In this document: positions 9,483 through 19,058 of the stretch, piece after piece
How positions within the stretch are numbered: position 1 is the stretch's first letter
How the letters are laid out: every line of letters begins with the position of its first letter
From: Candidatus Levyibacteriota bacterium
GTDB taxonomy: Bacteria > Patescibacteriota > Microgenomatia > Levybacterales > UBA12049
Direction of reading: 5' to 3'
NCBI GenBank assembly: GCA_027459725.1
Contig: DAIDHK010000006.1
Span: 1,895-65,894 of the forward strand
Length of the DNA stretch: 64,000 nucleotides
Translations under genes and position numbers: made by a program
The notes under the pieces: generated by a model
Databases searched by the model: none
Seen by the model: only the letters and a program-made list of their open reading frames with translations
What the model was told of the DNA's origin: nothing

Positions 9483-10394
9483 TTACATTTGCATATCTTG
9501 CATAGAATTGTTTGGCTTCATATGAGGATATGAGGTGGGAGCCATGTAGTTCATTATAACCGAAGTAAAAAGATTATTTACAGGTGAAGAATAAGTTATG
9601 GGGGATACGTTTTCAGTGGGTTGCGTTAGTTGATTAAATACAGACCGATTTAACTCTATGGAGTTTTGTTTAACGTTATATACCCATTTATTAAATTCTG
9701 TTTGGGATACAGATATTGTGATAAATTTCATCTCCGAAAATCCCTTGCCATTTATCTCCGTGTCTGTTCCATAAAACTGTCCCGTGGTGTTAGCCATTAA
9801 ATGTGTTTGCGTGGACATACCTGACATAGCATAGATTTGTCCACCCAGCTGGGGAATCCAGAAAGATGTCATAGGAGACTGGTCAGCTGTTAGTTCGAAC
9901 TGAACAGGAGTTTTCTCAGGTATCTCCAGTAAGTTAAGTGAAGCTATACCTAGTTTGGGATAAACAAATAGCCATTTCCAGCGTAACGCGATAACCTGGA
10001 CGGTGAGAGGTTGATTGATGGAAGCAATAGATTGACTGGGGTCTAAGCGATGTGTATAGTTCCAGTTAATAAAACCCATCGTACTGACCATAAAGATTGT
10101 AAAAGCCCACCAGAAAATCTGAATGCCATGATTATGATCCCATTCGGGCAAATATTTTGCCTCACTATTGGACTCTCTATATTTTATTGCGACAAAAATA
10201 GCGAAAATAAAAACCGGTACAATAACAATCGACATCATAATAAGGGCAATAAACATTAATTGTCTTTCCTGGACAGCAATTATTCCTTCTGGGTTGAGAA
10301 CGGCAAAATTATAGTTATGTAGTAAGATCCAGCCTATCAGGATAACATCAAAGATAATGAATGAAGAGATAAGAAGTCTAGCAAAGTATTTCAT
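9483..10394 (-). CDS. cyoA: Cytochrome bo3 ubiquinol oxidase subunit II
   Basis: LNPEG, WKWLFVYP, SFWIPQLGGQIYAM; no CuA cysteines, consistent with quinol oxidase. Confidence 0.95.
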   Translation of the reverse strand: MKYFARLLISSFIIFDVILIGWILLHNYNFAVLNPEGIIAVQERQLMFIALIMMSIVIVPVFIFAIFVAIKYRESNSEAKYLPEWDHNHGIQIFWWAFTIFMVSTMGFINWNYTHRLDPSQSIASINQPLTVQVIALRWKWLFVYPKLGIASLNLLEIPEKTPVQFELTADQSPMTSFWIPQLGGQIYAMSGMSTQTHLMANTTGQFYGTDTEINGKGFSEMKFITISVSQTEFNKWVYNVKQNSIELNRSVFNQLTQPTENVSPITYSSPVNNLFTSVIMNYMAPTSYPHMKPNNSMQDMQM

Positions 10395-10540
10395 CGGCCT
10401 TTTTAGTATAACTGGTAAAAACTAAAAATACCAAGTTGATAACAATACGTCAGCCGTAGAAGGTACAATACATCAGCAAAATTATCCTTCATGATCCATC
10501 AGTAGTTTACTTTATTGATATACTTTTATATGCTGTTAAT

Positions 10541-11206
10541 ATGTTTAATAATTTTCGTGACCGGTTGCTATTTATAAAGTTATCAAGAGATGAACAATAT
10601 GCACGGCTTGCATTTTTTATTTTGGGAGTGGTGTGTACGGCGATTGTAATTGATCTTATATACTTAAATTTATTCCTTCTTAACCGCGGGAATAATGCCG
10701 TTTTTACCAGTAGCTCTATCAAACATTCAATTACTTCAGTTCCATCACCTATGATGGTGGATAGTCTGTCTCCAACTTCAATTCCTACACCAGTACCTAC
10801 CACGATTACCTCATCGGGTAGTAGTGGAGTACAAAGTGGGGGTGTAAAAGATTTATATATTCCTTTGGGATCAGGTACTACTCAATCCAATGTCTGGACC
10901 AATATCCCCGGAGCAGAAGCACAAATTGATTTTGGTCAGTATCAACATATTAAGGAGGTACGCTTCGAAGCTTCAATATATGTTCCCGACAGCAATGAAG
11001 CTGTATCGGTGCGTTTGTACAATATAACAGATAATCATCCAGTATGGTACTCGCAGGTTACAACTAATAGCAACAACAATAACTATCTAATCTCAGGACC
11101 TGTTAGTTATGTTTTTGGTCAGAAGTTATATCAAGTACAAATGGAAACACAATTGCAGGCACCTGCTAATTTGGTTCAGTCGAGAATACACGTTATTCTA
11201 AACTGA
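10541..11206 (+). CDS. Membrane-anchored hypothetical protein (TM, Pro/Thr linker, beta-rich domain)
   Basis: 221-aa ORF, TATGCT 6 nt before ATG. Confidence 0.75.
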   Translation: MFNNFRDRLLFIKLSRDEQYARLAFFILGVVCTAIVIDLIYLNLFLLNRGNNAVFTSSSIKHSITSVPSPMMVDSLSPTSIPTPVPTTITSSGSSGVQSGGVKDLYIPLGSGTTQSNVWTNIPGAEAQIDFGQYQHIKEVRFEASIYVPDSNEAVSVRLYNITDNHPVWYSQVTTNSNNNNYLISGPVSYVFGQKLYQVQMETQLQAPANLVQSRIHVILN

Positions 11207-11529
11207 AAATAGTTCAGTTATGGTAATATATTACTTTTGAGTGGAGATTATAGTTTGATATGCATTAATATAATTATCTGTCATTCTTTTCTCACTATCA
11301 TCAAAAAATTTTCCACCTGCTCTGTTTACGTTTATTACATTATTCGCTATAGATTGGCATTGAGGCATGATTGGGGAGATGATAAAGGAAACGGGGATGG
11401 TATTATCTGTATAATCTACAAGAGTCAGGTCTGCAATCAATGTCTACTATGGATTATGAGTTAAGGACATTATGAAACATATCACATTACCGCTTCACAT
11501 TAATTGACAGATCAGCTAAAATATGCGCA

Positions 11530-12189
11530 ATGTTTAAAATACAGAAATTAGATTTTTTAATTGCTTTTTATGTCACATGTGTGATGATTTCTGAGTTAAT
11601 GGGATCCAAGACATTTCCTATTGCTACTATTGTAGGATTCCATCTCAGCGCAACAGTAGTTATTTTTATTCTGCCGTTTGTTTATGCGGCTAATGATATT
11701 ATTGTTGAGGTTTTTGGTAAAGCTAGAGCTCAAAGTGTAGTTCGCTCAAGTCTATTAATGATCTTTTTCTTGTTTTTGTTTTCAATTTTGGCTACATTGT
11801 TGCCACCGGATGCGCGTTTTACCCCACAAAACAGAGAATATAGTGATATTTTCGGTATTTCCATCCGTTTCTCGGCAGCCAGTTTGATTGCTTTTGCTGT
11901 TAGTGAGTTTTTAGATGTATATATTTTTGCACGCATGCGCCAACGTTTGGGGAAGAAAAAATTGTGGTTGCGCACTAATGTTTCAAATTTTGTTAGTGAA
12001 TTTTTTGATACAGCACTATTTATGACACTTGCATTTTATACTTTCAATTTATCTATAGGAGATAATATTAACTTTATTGCAGGTTTATCCCTACCTTATT
12101 GGCTTTTACGTTGTGGAATGTCGGTTATAGAAACACCGTTAGTTTATATTGGTGTAAGGTGGTTAAAGAGCGAAAAAGTTAGAGCATGA
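11530..12189 (+). CDS. Queuosine precursor transporter (VUT/YhhQ family)
   Basis: DIIVEVFGK..A, RFSAASLIAF.VSEFLDVYIF, LWLRTNVSNFVSEFFDT. Confidence 0.88.
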   Translation: MFKIQKLDFLIAFYVTCVMISELMGSKTFPIATIVGFHLSATVVIFILPFVYAANDIIVEVFGKARAQSVVRSSLLMIFFLFLFSILATLLPPDARFTPQNREYSDIFGISIRFSAASLIAFAVSEFLDVYIFARMRQRLGKKKLWLRTNVSNFVSEFFDTALFMTLAFYTFNLSIGDNINFIAGLSLPYWLLRCGMSVIETPLVYIGVRWLKSEKVRA

Positions 12190-12710
12190 ACATTATCTTC
12201 ATTGCAGTCACTTCCGTAGATGGAAAAATGACAAAAGGAGTCAATCCTCTGGTGCACGAATGGACTTCTTCTGAGGATGCGAAGCATTTTCTTAATACTC
12301 GAAATGAACACAATCTTATTGTTATGGGTAGCAAAACTTATGATGTCGTAAAGCCCTTAGCAGAAAAGAGTAGATTAAGAATTATCCTTACCCGAAACCC
12401 TGATAATTATGCTCAAGAAAAAGTTGTAGGACAGATTGAGTTCTCTAGCGAATCTGTAACTGCTTTGGTTAAGAGAATGGAAAAATTGGGATACCAAAAG
12501 ATGTTGCTTGTAGCAGGTCAAAAAGTAGCAACCGATTTTTTTCTTGCTAATTTAGTCAACGAATTTTGGTTGACAATTGAACCTAAACTTTTTGGTATGG
12601 GGAATAGTTTACTTACTCAAGAAATGGAGATTGATTTAGAATTGTTTAGCCTAGAAAAGCTAAATGAAAAGGGAACATTATTACTAAAATATAGAGTGAA
12701 AAAGAGATAG
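12186..12710 (+). CDS. RibD C-terminal/dihydrofolate reductase family protein
   Basis: SVDGKMT, WTSSED, MGSKTY, LTIEPKLFG; ATGA overlap with upstream gene. Confidence 0.85.
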   Translation: MNIIFIAVTSVDGKMTKGVNPLVHEWTSSEDAKHFLNTRNEHNLIVMGSKTYDVVKPLAEKSRLRIILTRNPDNYAQEKVVGQIEFSSESVTALVKRMEKLGYQKMLLVAGQKVATDFFLANLVNEFWLTIEPKLFGMGNSLLTQEMEIDLELFSLEKLNEKGTLLLKYRVKKR

Positions 12711-12756
12711 AGAAAAGTAATTTTAATTTTCCTCTTTATATATAATAACAAATATA

Positions 12757-12787
12757 TTGACGCTTACGTTACGTAATAGTTTATAAT
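12757..12787 (+). promoter_or_regulatory. MerR-type promoter: TTGACG-19 bp-TATAAT with dyad TTACGT-T-ACGTAA
   Basis: 19-bp spacer (12763-12781) holding an inverted repeat, directly upstream of the MerR gene. Confidence 0.85.
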
Positions 12788-12795
12788 CCCTGTAT

Positions 12796-13560
12796 ATGGA
12801 ATACACAGTTAAGAAACTAGCCAAGTTGTCAGGTATTACTGTCAGAGCACTTCATTATTACGATCAAATCGGATTACTAAAACCCAATAGTGTCAAAGCG
12901 AACGGTTATCGCGTTTATAATGATCGTGAACTGGAAATGTTACAGCAGATTATGTTTTTTCGCGAACTGGGATTTTCTCTAAGAAAAATAAAACAGATTG
13001 TGCAGGATAATGACTTTAATGTTTTACAGGCTTTGACTGAGCAGAGAACTCTGTTGACAATAAAGAAAAAAAGGCTGGAAAATTTACTGTTGACTATAGA
13101 TAAAACTTTTAATTCTTTGAAAGAGGGTGAGAGTATGAGTGATGATGCGAAGTTTTCAGCTTTTAGTGACCAGAACTATCAGAAATATAAAAATGAGGTA
13201 GAAAGTCGTTGGGGTAACACAAAAGCTTACATACAATCCATGAAGAAAGTAGGTAAGATGTCAAAGAAAAATTTAGATGATATAAAAGTAGAAGCAGAGG
13301 ATATCTATGCGACTATCGCTAATCTGTATATGCAAGGCTTAATAGTCGAAAGCTTAGAAGTGCAGAATCAAATTGAACGTTTCTATCAGCATTTAGGAAA
13401 TTTTTATGAGCCCAGTTATGAAATGTTTAAAAATTTAGGTTATATGTATGTGGATGATGAGCGATTTAAGGAGTTCTATGAGAAACGTGCCAAAGGTTTA
13501 GCTCATTTCATGCGTGATGCGATGGCATATTATGCAAACAAGCATAATAAAAATGCTTAA
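12796..13560 (+). CDS. MerR family regulator with TipAS domain (Mta/TipA-like)
   Basis: VRALHYYDQIGLLKP, NGYRVY, LGFSL; C-terminal EVESRWG, MYVDDERF. Confidence 0.92.
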   Translation: MEYTVKKLAKLSGITVRALHYYDQIGLLKPNSVKANGYRVYNDRELEMLQQIMFFRELGFSLRKIKQIVQDNDFNVLQALTEQRTLLTIKKKRLENLLLTIDKTFNSLKEGESMSDDAKFSAFSDQNYQKYKNEVESRWGNTKAYIQSMKKVGKMSKKNLDDIKVEAEDIYATIANLYMQGLIVESLEVQNQIERFYQHLGNFYEPSYEMFKNLGYMYVDDERFKEFYEKRAKGLAHFMRDAMAYYANKHNKNA

Positions 13561-13568
13561 TCTCTAAT

Positions 13569-13589
13569 TGGCCTTTTCGCGAAGGGCCA
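13569..13589. terminator. Hairpin between convergent genes
   Basis: TGGCCTTT-TCGCG-AAGGGCCA stem-loop right after the MerR stop; no long U-tract. Confidence 0.5.
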
Positions 13590-13601
13590 GGGGATTTATA
13601 G

Positions 13602-13700
13602 TTATCTGACTACAGCAAAGAATAACGCTACAGCGGCGAGAATAGCAGCTACTAGCCACATCGTTTTATTATTTTTTAAACTATTCAAATCTAAATTCAT
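13602..13700 (-). CDS. 32-aa single-TM small protein
   Basis: MNLDLNSLKNNKTMWLVAAILAAVALFFAVVR; TAAGAT 6 nt before ATG; hairpin after stop. Confidence 0.6.
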   Translation of the reverse strand: MNLDLNSLKNNKTMWLVAAILAAVALFFAVVR

Positions 13701-13888
13701 GTTTATATCTTAAACAAATTTGATTTTATACACAAGCGAGAAATCTCTTGTATTGCAAAGTTACAGCAGATGTGCTAACTTTAATAATTGTGCGAAAAAG
13801 ACAAAATGAAAGAAAAATAAAGTAAAAGCTCATATCTATCCCATAAAGAATATATAGAATTAAGGCGATTGTTTTAAAAAAGCTTCCA

Positions 13889-14278
13889 ATGAAAACCATT
13901 CAACAAACATATCACATACAAGCTTCTCCTGCGGATGTCTGGAGAGCTTTGACCAATGCTAAAGATATTGAGAACTGGAGTGCGGGACCAGCCAGAATGA
14001 ATGATCAAGTAGGTACTGAATTTTCTTTGTGGTCCGGTAATATCTGGGGTAAAAATATAAAAGTTGTCCCTCAGAAGCAGCTAATACAAGAATGGTACAG
14101 CGTAGAGGACAAGCCGTGGGATAAACCTTCGGTAGTAAATTTTATGCTCTGTGCAGAGAAAAATGGAACACAAGTAGAGCTATTACAGACTGATGTGCCG
14201 GATGAATATGCAAAGGGTATTAGCGATGGATGGAGAGAATATTACTTAGGCCCTCTTAAAGATTATATAGAACAGTAA
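13889..14278 (+). CDS. SRPBCC/AHSA1 domain protein
   Basis: ASPADVWRALT, VGTEFSLWSGNIWG, GWREYY. Confidence 0.88.
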   Translation: MKTIQQTYHIQASPADVWRALTNAKDIENWSAGPARMNDQVGTEFSLWSGNIWGKNIKVVPQKQLIQEWYSVEDKPWDKPSVVNFMLCAEKNGTQVELLQTDVPDEYAKGISDGWREYYLGPLKDYIEQ

Positions 14279-14360
14279 ACATCGTAATTTTAGTTACAGC
14301 CCTGCTTGACATGAGTAGATCCTAGAGATAAGTTAAATACACGGTATTTATTTTCTGCTC

Positions 14361-15659
14361 ATGCGAATTGAAGAATTAGAAAAAAAGATTTATGTTTGCT
14401 TGGATGAACTAGCACACGATGATGGTTTCAATGCCTCGGGAAAAAGTGAGGTTTTCGGCTGCATCTTCGGTCGGGATAGTTTCATTACTATATTAAAGCT
14501 TCTGCGGACTCTGAAAGTACGTCCGGATGGCAAATTACTGTCCACTTGCAAGAAGAGTTTACTCAAACATATAGAGTTGCAGGGAAAAAATTTAAACATC
14601 GAGAGTGGGGAACAGCTAGGGAAATTTATTCATGAATATAGAGTAGACAAATATGAAAGATTAACCGCTCGTAGAAAACCTTGGTATGTCTATCCGGACA
14701 AAATATTGCGTAATTACGACAGTATAGATGCTACACCGCTGGGTTTGATCGCGATTTATCGTTATTGGGAGTTGACCAATGATGGCCATTTCTTACTAAC
14801 TGTTTTACCTTCTGTCGAAAAAGGTTTGAACTGGATTATGTCTTATGGGGATATGGATAAGGATTATCTGCTGGAATATTCTTTACCTGCAGAGCGTCTC
14901 CATGGAGGTCTTGCAGTTCAATCCTGGGCTGACTCTATTCCATCTCTAGCTGATACAGCAGGAAAGTTACCTGATTACCCTATAGCACCCGTAGAGGTAC
15001 AGGGTATAGCGTGGTTAGCTCTCAGATTATGGTCTAATTATTTTTCCGGTGCTTATAAAGAGACTCAAAATATCCGGTTTAGTAAAAAACTAAGATTATT
15101 TGCAGATAAAATGAAAAAGCGTTTTAATAGAATGTTTTTAATGAGCACCTCTGAGGGTTTATTTCTTGCTCAAGCATTGGATGGACATAAAAGACAAGTC
15201 AGAACAGTAACATCACATCCTCTGATTTGTCTGTGGTCGGCCATTGAAGAAAATGATCACTATGAATCAATAATTGATGAAGTGTATATAAATTCAATCG
15301 TACATCGTGCGTTTGAAACGGATTTATTTGTCCCTGGTGCGGGAATGCGTACTATGAGCACTAAATCATCGACATTTGATCCAACTGAGGCTTCTTATCA
15401 TAATGGCAGCTTCTGGCCTATGCTTAATGGTTTGATTATTGAAGGTTTGCATAATTTTGATTATTTTACAGAGGCAGCTAAATTGAGTAATGCTAGCTTA
15501 TCTGCACTGCAGTATTTTGGTCTGCCTATTGAATTATACATTCAAAATGAGGGTAAATTTTCAATTTACAGAAATCCCCTCAGCGGTCAGCAAAGCTGTT
15601 TAAATCAGGCGTGGTCAGCTGCTTCTGCATATGATTTATTGCTTTCTGTGATAAAATAA
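14361..15659 (+). CDS. Amylo-alpha-1,6-glucosidase-like (alpha/alpha)6 glycoside hydrolase
   Basis: FGRDS, GKFIHEYR, YDSIDATPL, SWADS, APVEVQG, SYHNGSFWP, QAWSAAS. Confidence 0.85.
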   Translation: MRIEELEKKIYVCLDELAHDDGFNASGKSEVFGCIFGRDSFITILKLLRTLKVRPDGKLLSTCKKSLLKHIELQGKNLNIESGEQLGKFIHEYRVDKYERLTARRKPWYVYPDKILRNYDSIDATPLGLIAIYRYWELTNDGHFLLTVLPSVEKGLNWIMSYGDMDKDYLLEYSLPAERLHGGLAVQSWADSIPSLADTAGKLPDYPIAPVEVQGIAWLALRLWSNYFSGAYKETQNIRFSKKLRLFADKMKKRFNRMFLMSTSEGLFLAQALDGHKRQVRTVTSHPLICLWSAIEENDHYESIIDEVYINSIVHRAFETDLFVPGAGMRTMSTKSSTFDPTEASYHNGSFWPMLNGLIIEGLHNFDYFTEAAKLSNASLSALQYFGLPIELYIQNEGKFSIYRNPLSGQQSCLNQAWSAASAYDLLLSVIK

Positions 15660-15723
15660 TTTCCTCTTGCGCTATTCTTACTTGGTTATGTTTTAAATCT
15701 TAAGCCACAAAAGTATACTGCTG

Positions 15724-16854
15724 ATGTTTATGAGAATTGCACAAATAGCACCTCCTTACGAAAGTGTGCCTCCGAAAAAATATGGGGGGACAGAAAGGAT
15801 TGTGTCTGCTCTTACAGAAGAACTCGTAAAAAGGGGTCATGATGTTACTTTATTTGCCAGTGGGGATTCTTCCACTTCAGCACGTTTGATCTCGACTTTT
15901 TCCAGGGGTATAAGAGAAGAATTTCCGCATGATATGAATCCTTTTGATGATGCCCAAAGGACCATGGCTTTTGTACAGCACTTGGTAAAAGTATATAAAA
16001 TGGCTGGTCAGTTTGATATCATACATGATCATACTACGTTGCGCAGTTTGCCTCTGGGACTTGCGTTTGGACAATATAGTAAGGTCCCGGTGATATCTAC
16101 CTTACATGGAGTATTAAGCGAAAATAATATTAAAAATTACGAAAATCTTAATAGGGCCTATCTGGTGGCCATCTCTGAATCTCAAAAAAGACCCGCTCCT
16201 GATTTAAACTATATTGCTACTGTTTATAATGGGCTTGATATGGCAAAGTATCCTTTTTGTGATAAGCCTGGTGACTACTTATTACATGTTGGACGTATTA
16301 GTCATCTGAAAGGTGTACATCATGCAATTTCCATTGCTAAAAAGTTAGGCCTTCCCTTAATTATTGCTGCCAAACTTGATGAGATTGATAAACCATATTA
16401 TGAAGAGAAAGTTAAACCCTTTATTGATGGTCGGCAAATTAGGTGGGTAGGAGAGGTTAGTGAAGATGAAAGAAATATATTGATGGCCAATGCCTTATGC
16501 TTTATGCATTCATTGGAATGGGAAGAGCCATTTGGTTTAACTTTGATAGAATCAATGGCTACTGGCACTCCTGTTGCAGCTTTTAATCATGGATCAATGC
16601 CTGAAATTATTCAGCAGGGCAAGACTGGTTGGATAGCTGATTCGGAAGACGAGTTGGCGGAGCTAATTAAAAATAATGCCTACAGTATAAATCGTCATTA
16701 TTGCAGATCTTATGCTTTAAGAAAGTTCAGTGCCAAAAGAATGGTCAATGATTATGAAATGATTTATGAAAGTATTGTGGGAGCTGAACAATTTCCAACA
16801 TTATGGTACCGAAGACATCAAGTCAAACAACTTAATTTATCTGACAATAATTAG
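15724..16854 (+). CDS. Glycosyltransferase family 4
   Basis: PPKKYGGTER, LFASGDS, EEPFGLTLIESMATGTPV. Confidence 0.92.
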   Translation: MFMRIAQIAPPYESVPPKKYGGTERIVSALTEELVKRGHDVTLFASGDSSTSARLISTFSRGIREEFPHDMNPFDDAQRTMAFVQHLVKVYKMAGQFDIIHDHTTLRSLPLGLAFGQYSKVPVISTLHGVLSENNIKNYENLNRAYLVAISESQKRPAPDLNYIATVYNGLDMAKYPFCDKPGDYLLHVGRISHLKGVHHAISIAKKLGLPLIIAAKLDEIDKPYYEEKVKPFIDGRQIRWVGEVSEDERNILMANALCFMHSLEWEEPFGLTLIESMATGTPVAAFNHGSMPEIIQQGKTGWIADSEDELAELIKNNAYSINRHYCRSYALRKFSAKRMVNDYEMIYESIVGAEQFPTLWYRRHQVKQLNLSDNN

Positions 16855-16890
16855 TTTTGGAATTATTTTTGAGAAACGGAGGTGATGTGA

Positions 16891-17208
16891 ATGGCAGATA
16901 AAAATAACAATTATGATCATAAACGCGAAAATAAGAAAAATACACGTGATAAAGATGTAATCAATTCTATGGTGGCTGGTGCAGCTGGAGCGGTGATAGG
17001 AGCGGGAGTAGCAATTGCAGGAGCTGCAGTTCTTAGAGATGAAAAAAATCGTGAAAAAGTTAAGTATATGTTAAGCAAGGTTAAGGATCAGGCCACTGAG
17101 ACTCTACATGATGCGCGGGATACCGCAATGGAAAAAAAAGATCAAGTTCAGGATAAGGTACTGGACGGTAAAGAAGTCAAAAGCAGAGATAGAAAATCGC
17201 TCGAGTGA
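16891..17208 (+). CDS. Small membrane-anchored protein, YtxH-like
   Basis: Strong SD GGAGGTGA; Gly/Ala-rich hydrophobic helix then charged helical tail. Confidence 0.7.
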   Translation: MADKNNNYDHKRENKKNTRDKDVINSMVAGAAGAVIGAGVAIAGAAVLRDEKNREKVKYMLSKVKDQATETLHDARDTAMEKKDQVQDKVLDGKEVKSRDRKSLE

Positions 17209-17296
17209 GAAAGAGGAAATCTTATTTGCTTATAATCTTCAGGTGATGTGGATAAATAAGATTTGGGCGGTTGAGGTTTTGTTAAAAAAATAAGGG

Positions 17297-17743
17297 CTAT
17301 TTTTTCAAATACAGATGGATATTATCCTTTATAGCTTCTTCTTTCCAGTGTAAGAAGGGGAAGTAGTTAAGGAGTACCCTAGCGCCTGGGTGTAATTCTT
17401 CTTTTAGTTTTCTTTCCAGGCGCCCCATTATTGAGGGCATAGGATAACATACTATTATGCTGTAAATAGATAAGTTAACGGTCCAGAAATCCTTATTAAT
17501 TAGATTAATATTTGTTAAATCTTCTTTTTTTATTAAACTGGATGAAAGTTGTCTAAGGTCATCATTAATCTCGTATGCGTCTATACGTTTTATGCCTGAT
17601 TTAGCCAGCGCAATAGAGATACGACCATCGCCGCTGCCTAAATCAGCGGCAATATCGCTTATCTTAGCTTGTGAAAGTTCTACCATAGTGGTTACCCGAT
17701 AACGGGAAGTAGTGAAATATGGTATTTTGGGTATGCCTTGCAT
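17297..17743 (-). CDS. Class I SAM-dependent methyltransferase
   Basis: DLGSGDGRI, YEIN, KDFW, KLKEELHPGARV. Confidence 0.88.
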   Translation of the reverse strand: MQGIPKIPYFTTSRYRVTTMVELSQAKISDIAADLGSGDGRISIALAKSGIKRIDAYEINDDLRQLSSSLIKKEDLTNINLINKDFWTVNLSIYSIIVCYPMPSIMGRLERKLKEELHPGARVLLNYFPFLHWKEEAIKDNIHLYLKK

Positions 17744-17825
17744 ATCTGTTTTATGATGAAGTTTAATTTCCGGAATTTATTTTCACTTAGCTTAATAAGT
17801 ATAATTTACAAATTTATAACAAATT

Positions 17826-18056
17826 TTACCAGATATATGGTAAAAGACGATAATGTACGATTTGGCAGTAGTTATAATAACCGGGAATATTTTTGCATAT
17901 ATACTTATCCTCTTCAAAAAGACGTAGAATCATCCCGTAAAATCCCACCAGCAAAAAGATAAAGGTCCACGGAGAGTTTAAGGCCAGATGGGTGGCAAGT
18001 AAAATAATGGAGGCACCAAGACACATCGGATGTCCAATTATTAGAGTGAATTTCAA
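17826..18056 (-). pseudogene. C-terminal remnant of isoprenylcysteine carboxylmethyltransferase family gene
   Basis: IIGHPMCLG (cf. IIRHPMY), EEDKYI..NIPGY..YCQIVHYRLLPYIW; N-terminal part missing. Confidence 0.7.
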
Positions 18057-18182
18057 AGAATGTATCCACCTTCATAACTAAGTTTGCGGCTTCAAATTCT
18101 TATCGTAATCTTGCATAACTTTCACTCGATCGTAATACTGAAAAATTAAGCTATTAAATATAAGAAAGGAGGTGCATCAAGG

Positions 18183-18548
18183 ATGGAAAACAAAAACCAA
18201 GCGGTCATAGCAAGTTGGATCACTGTAATTGCAGGGATCTGGTTGATTGTTGCGCCATTCGTATTAGGATACGTTAATGGTACACCGCGTACAAATGATA
18301 TTTGGTTGGGTATTATTGTCGGCGTGGTAGCACTTATTCGTGCGTTTACACCAGCAAATACAATCTGGTTAAGTTGGATAAATATTCTTGCCGGCATTTG
18401 GTTGATTATCGCACCATTTGTGTTGGGGTATGCTAATAGTGCTCCGCGACTAAATGATATCATTCTGGGTGTTATTGTAGCCGCTGTAGCAATATGGACC
18501 AGTGCAGCAGATTCTGGTAGTAGTCATAACACACGTGCGGTTGTATGA
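18183..18548 (+). CDS. SPW-repeat membrane protein
   Basis: Two copies of SWI..LAGIWLI.APFVLGY...ND; SD AAGGAGGTG. Confidence 0.88.
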   Translation: MENKNQAVIASWITVIAGIWLIVAPFVLGYVNGTPRTNDIWLGIIVGVVALIRAFTPANTIWLSWINILAGIWLIIAPFVLGYANSAPRLNDIILGVIVAAVAIWTSAADSGSSHNTRAVV

Positions 18549-18699
18549 CATTAAGGTGATTAAATAGTTGCTATTGATGGAGATATGGAGTCTTCAATAA
18601 TAGAGACATCTCATGTTCATTGTCGTTAGGTGTATAAATAGTGTGTAAGTAATGGTTAAGATCATATTCTTATTAAATATACAATATTGTGAACTCTCA

Positions 18700-19040
18700 A
18701 CTGCTTGATATGGAAAAATTATTATTATTTCTATCTTAGGAGAAATAGTAGGGGGTTGGTAAGCGTACTGATGGTTAAGGCTATCTATATTTATTACAGC
18801 TTCTGAGGATAAAGAATTAATAAATAAATCTATCATAAAGATGATAGATTCGAGAATAAATGTTTTTTCTTCCCTAAATATCAGCGATGCGACAGAGGGT
18901 AATAAATGAGGTAGCTATTACAAGTGAATAACCAGATATGATCCAATGTATAATGGATAATTTAGTACTTAAATCATGCAGGATATAAGGAATATACACA
19001 TTTAATATCGTATTATAGATTACAACGATTTAAATTAGAG
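18700..19040 (-). pseudogene. Remnant of EmrB/QacA (DHA2) MFS efflux transporter; boundaries approximate
   Basis: Manual translation NTILNVYIPYILHDL...WIISGYSLVIA...RIADI*GRKN with TAG at 18874-18876. Confidence 0.65.
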
Positions 19041-19058
19041 TAAGAATGTTATGACATA

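Noticed and set aside
11231-11464. Short ORFs on both strands between 11206 and 11530
   Set aside because: No recognisable family and weak starts; possibly a remnant, not called
11461-11530. preQ1 riboswitch upstream of the queuosine-precursor transporter
   Set aside because: No preQ1 stem/A-tract pattern, and the -10 sits 7 nt from the ATG, leaving no leader
18146-18463. Antisense ORF with an internal repeat
   Set aside because: Mirror of the SPW-repeat gene on the other strand, which has the SD
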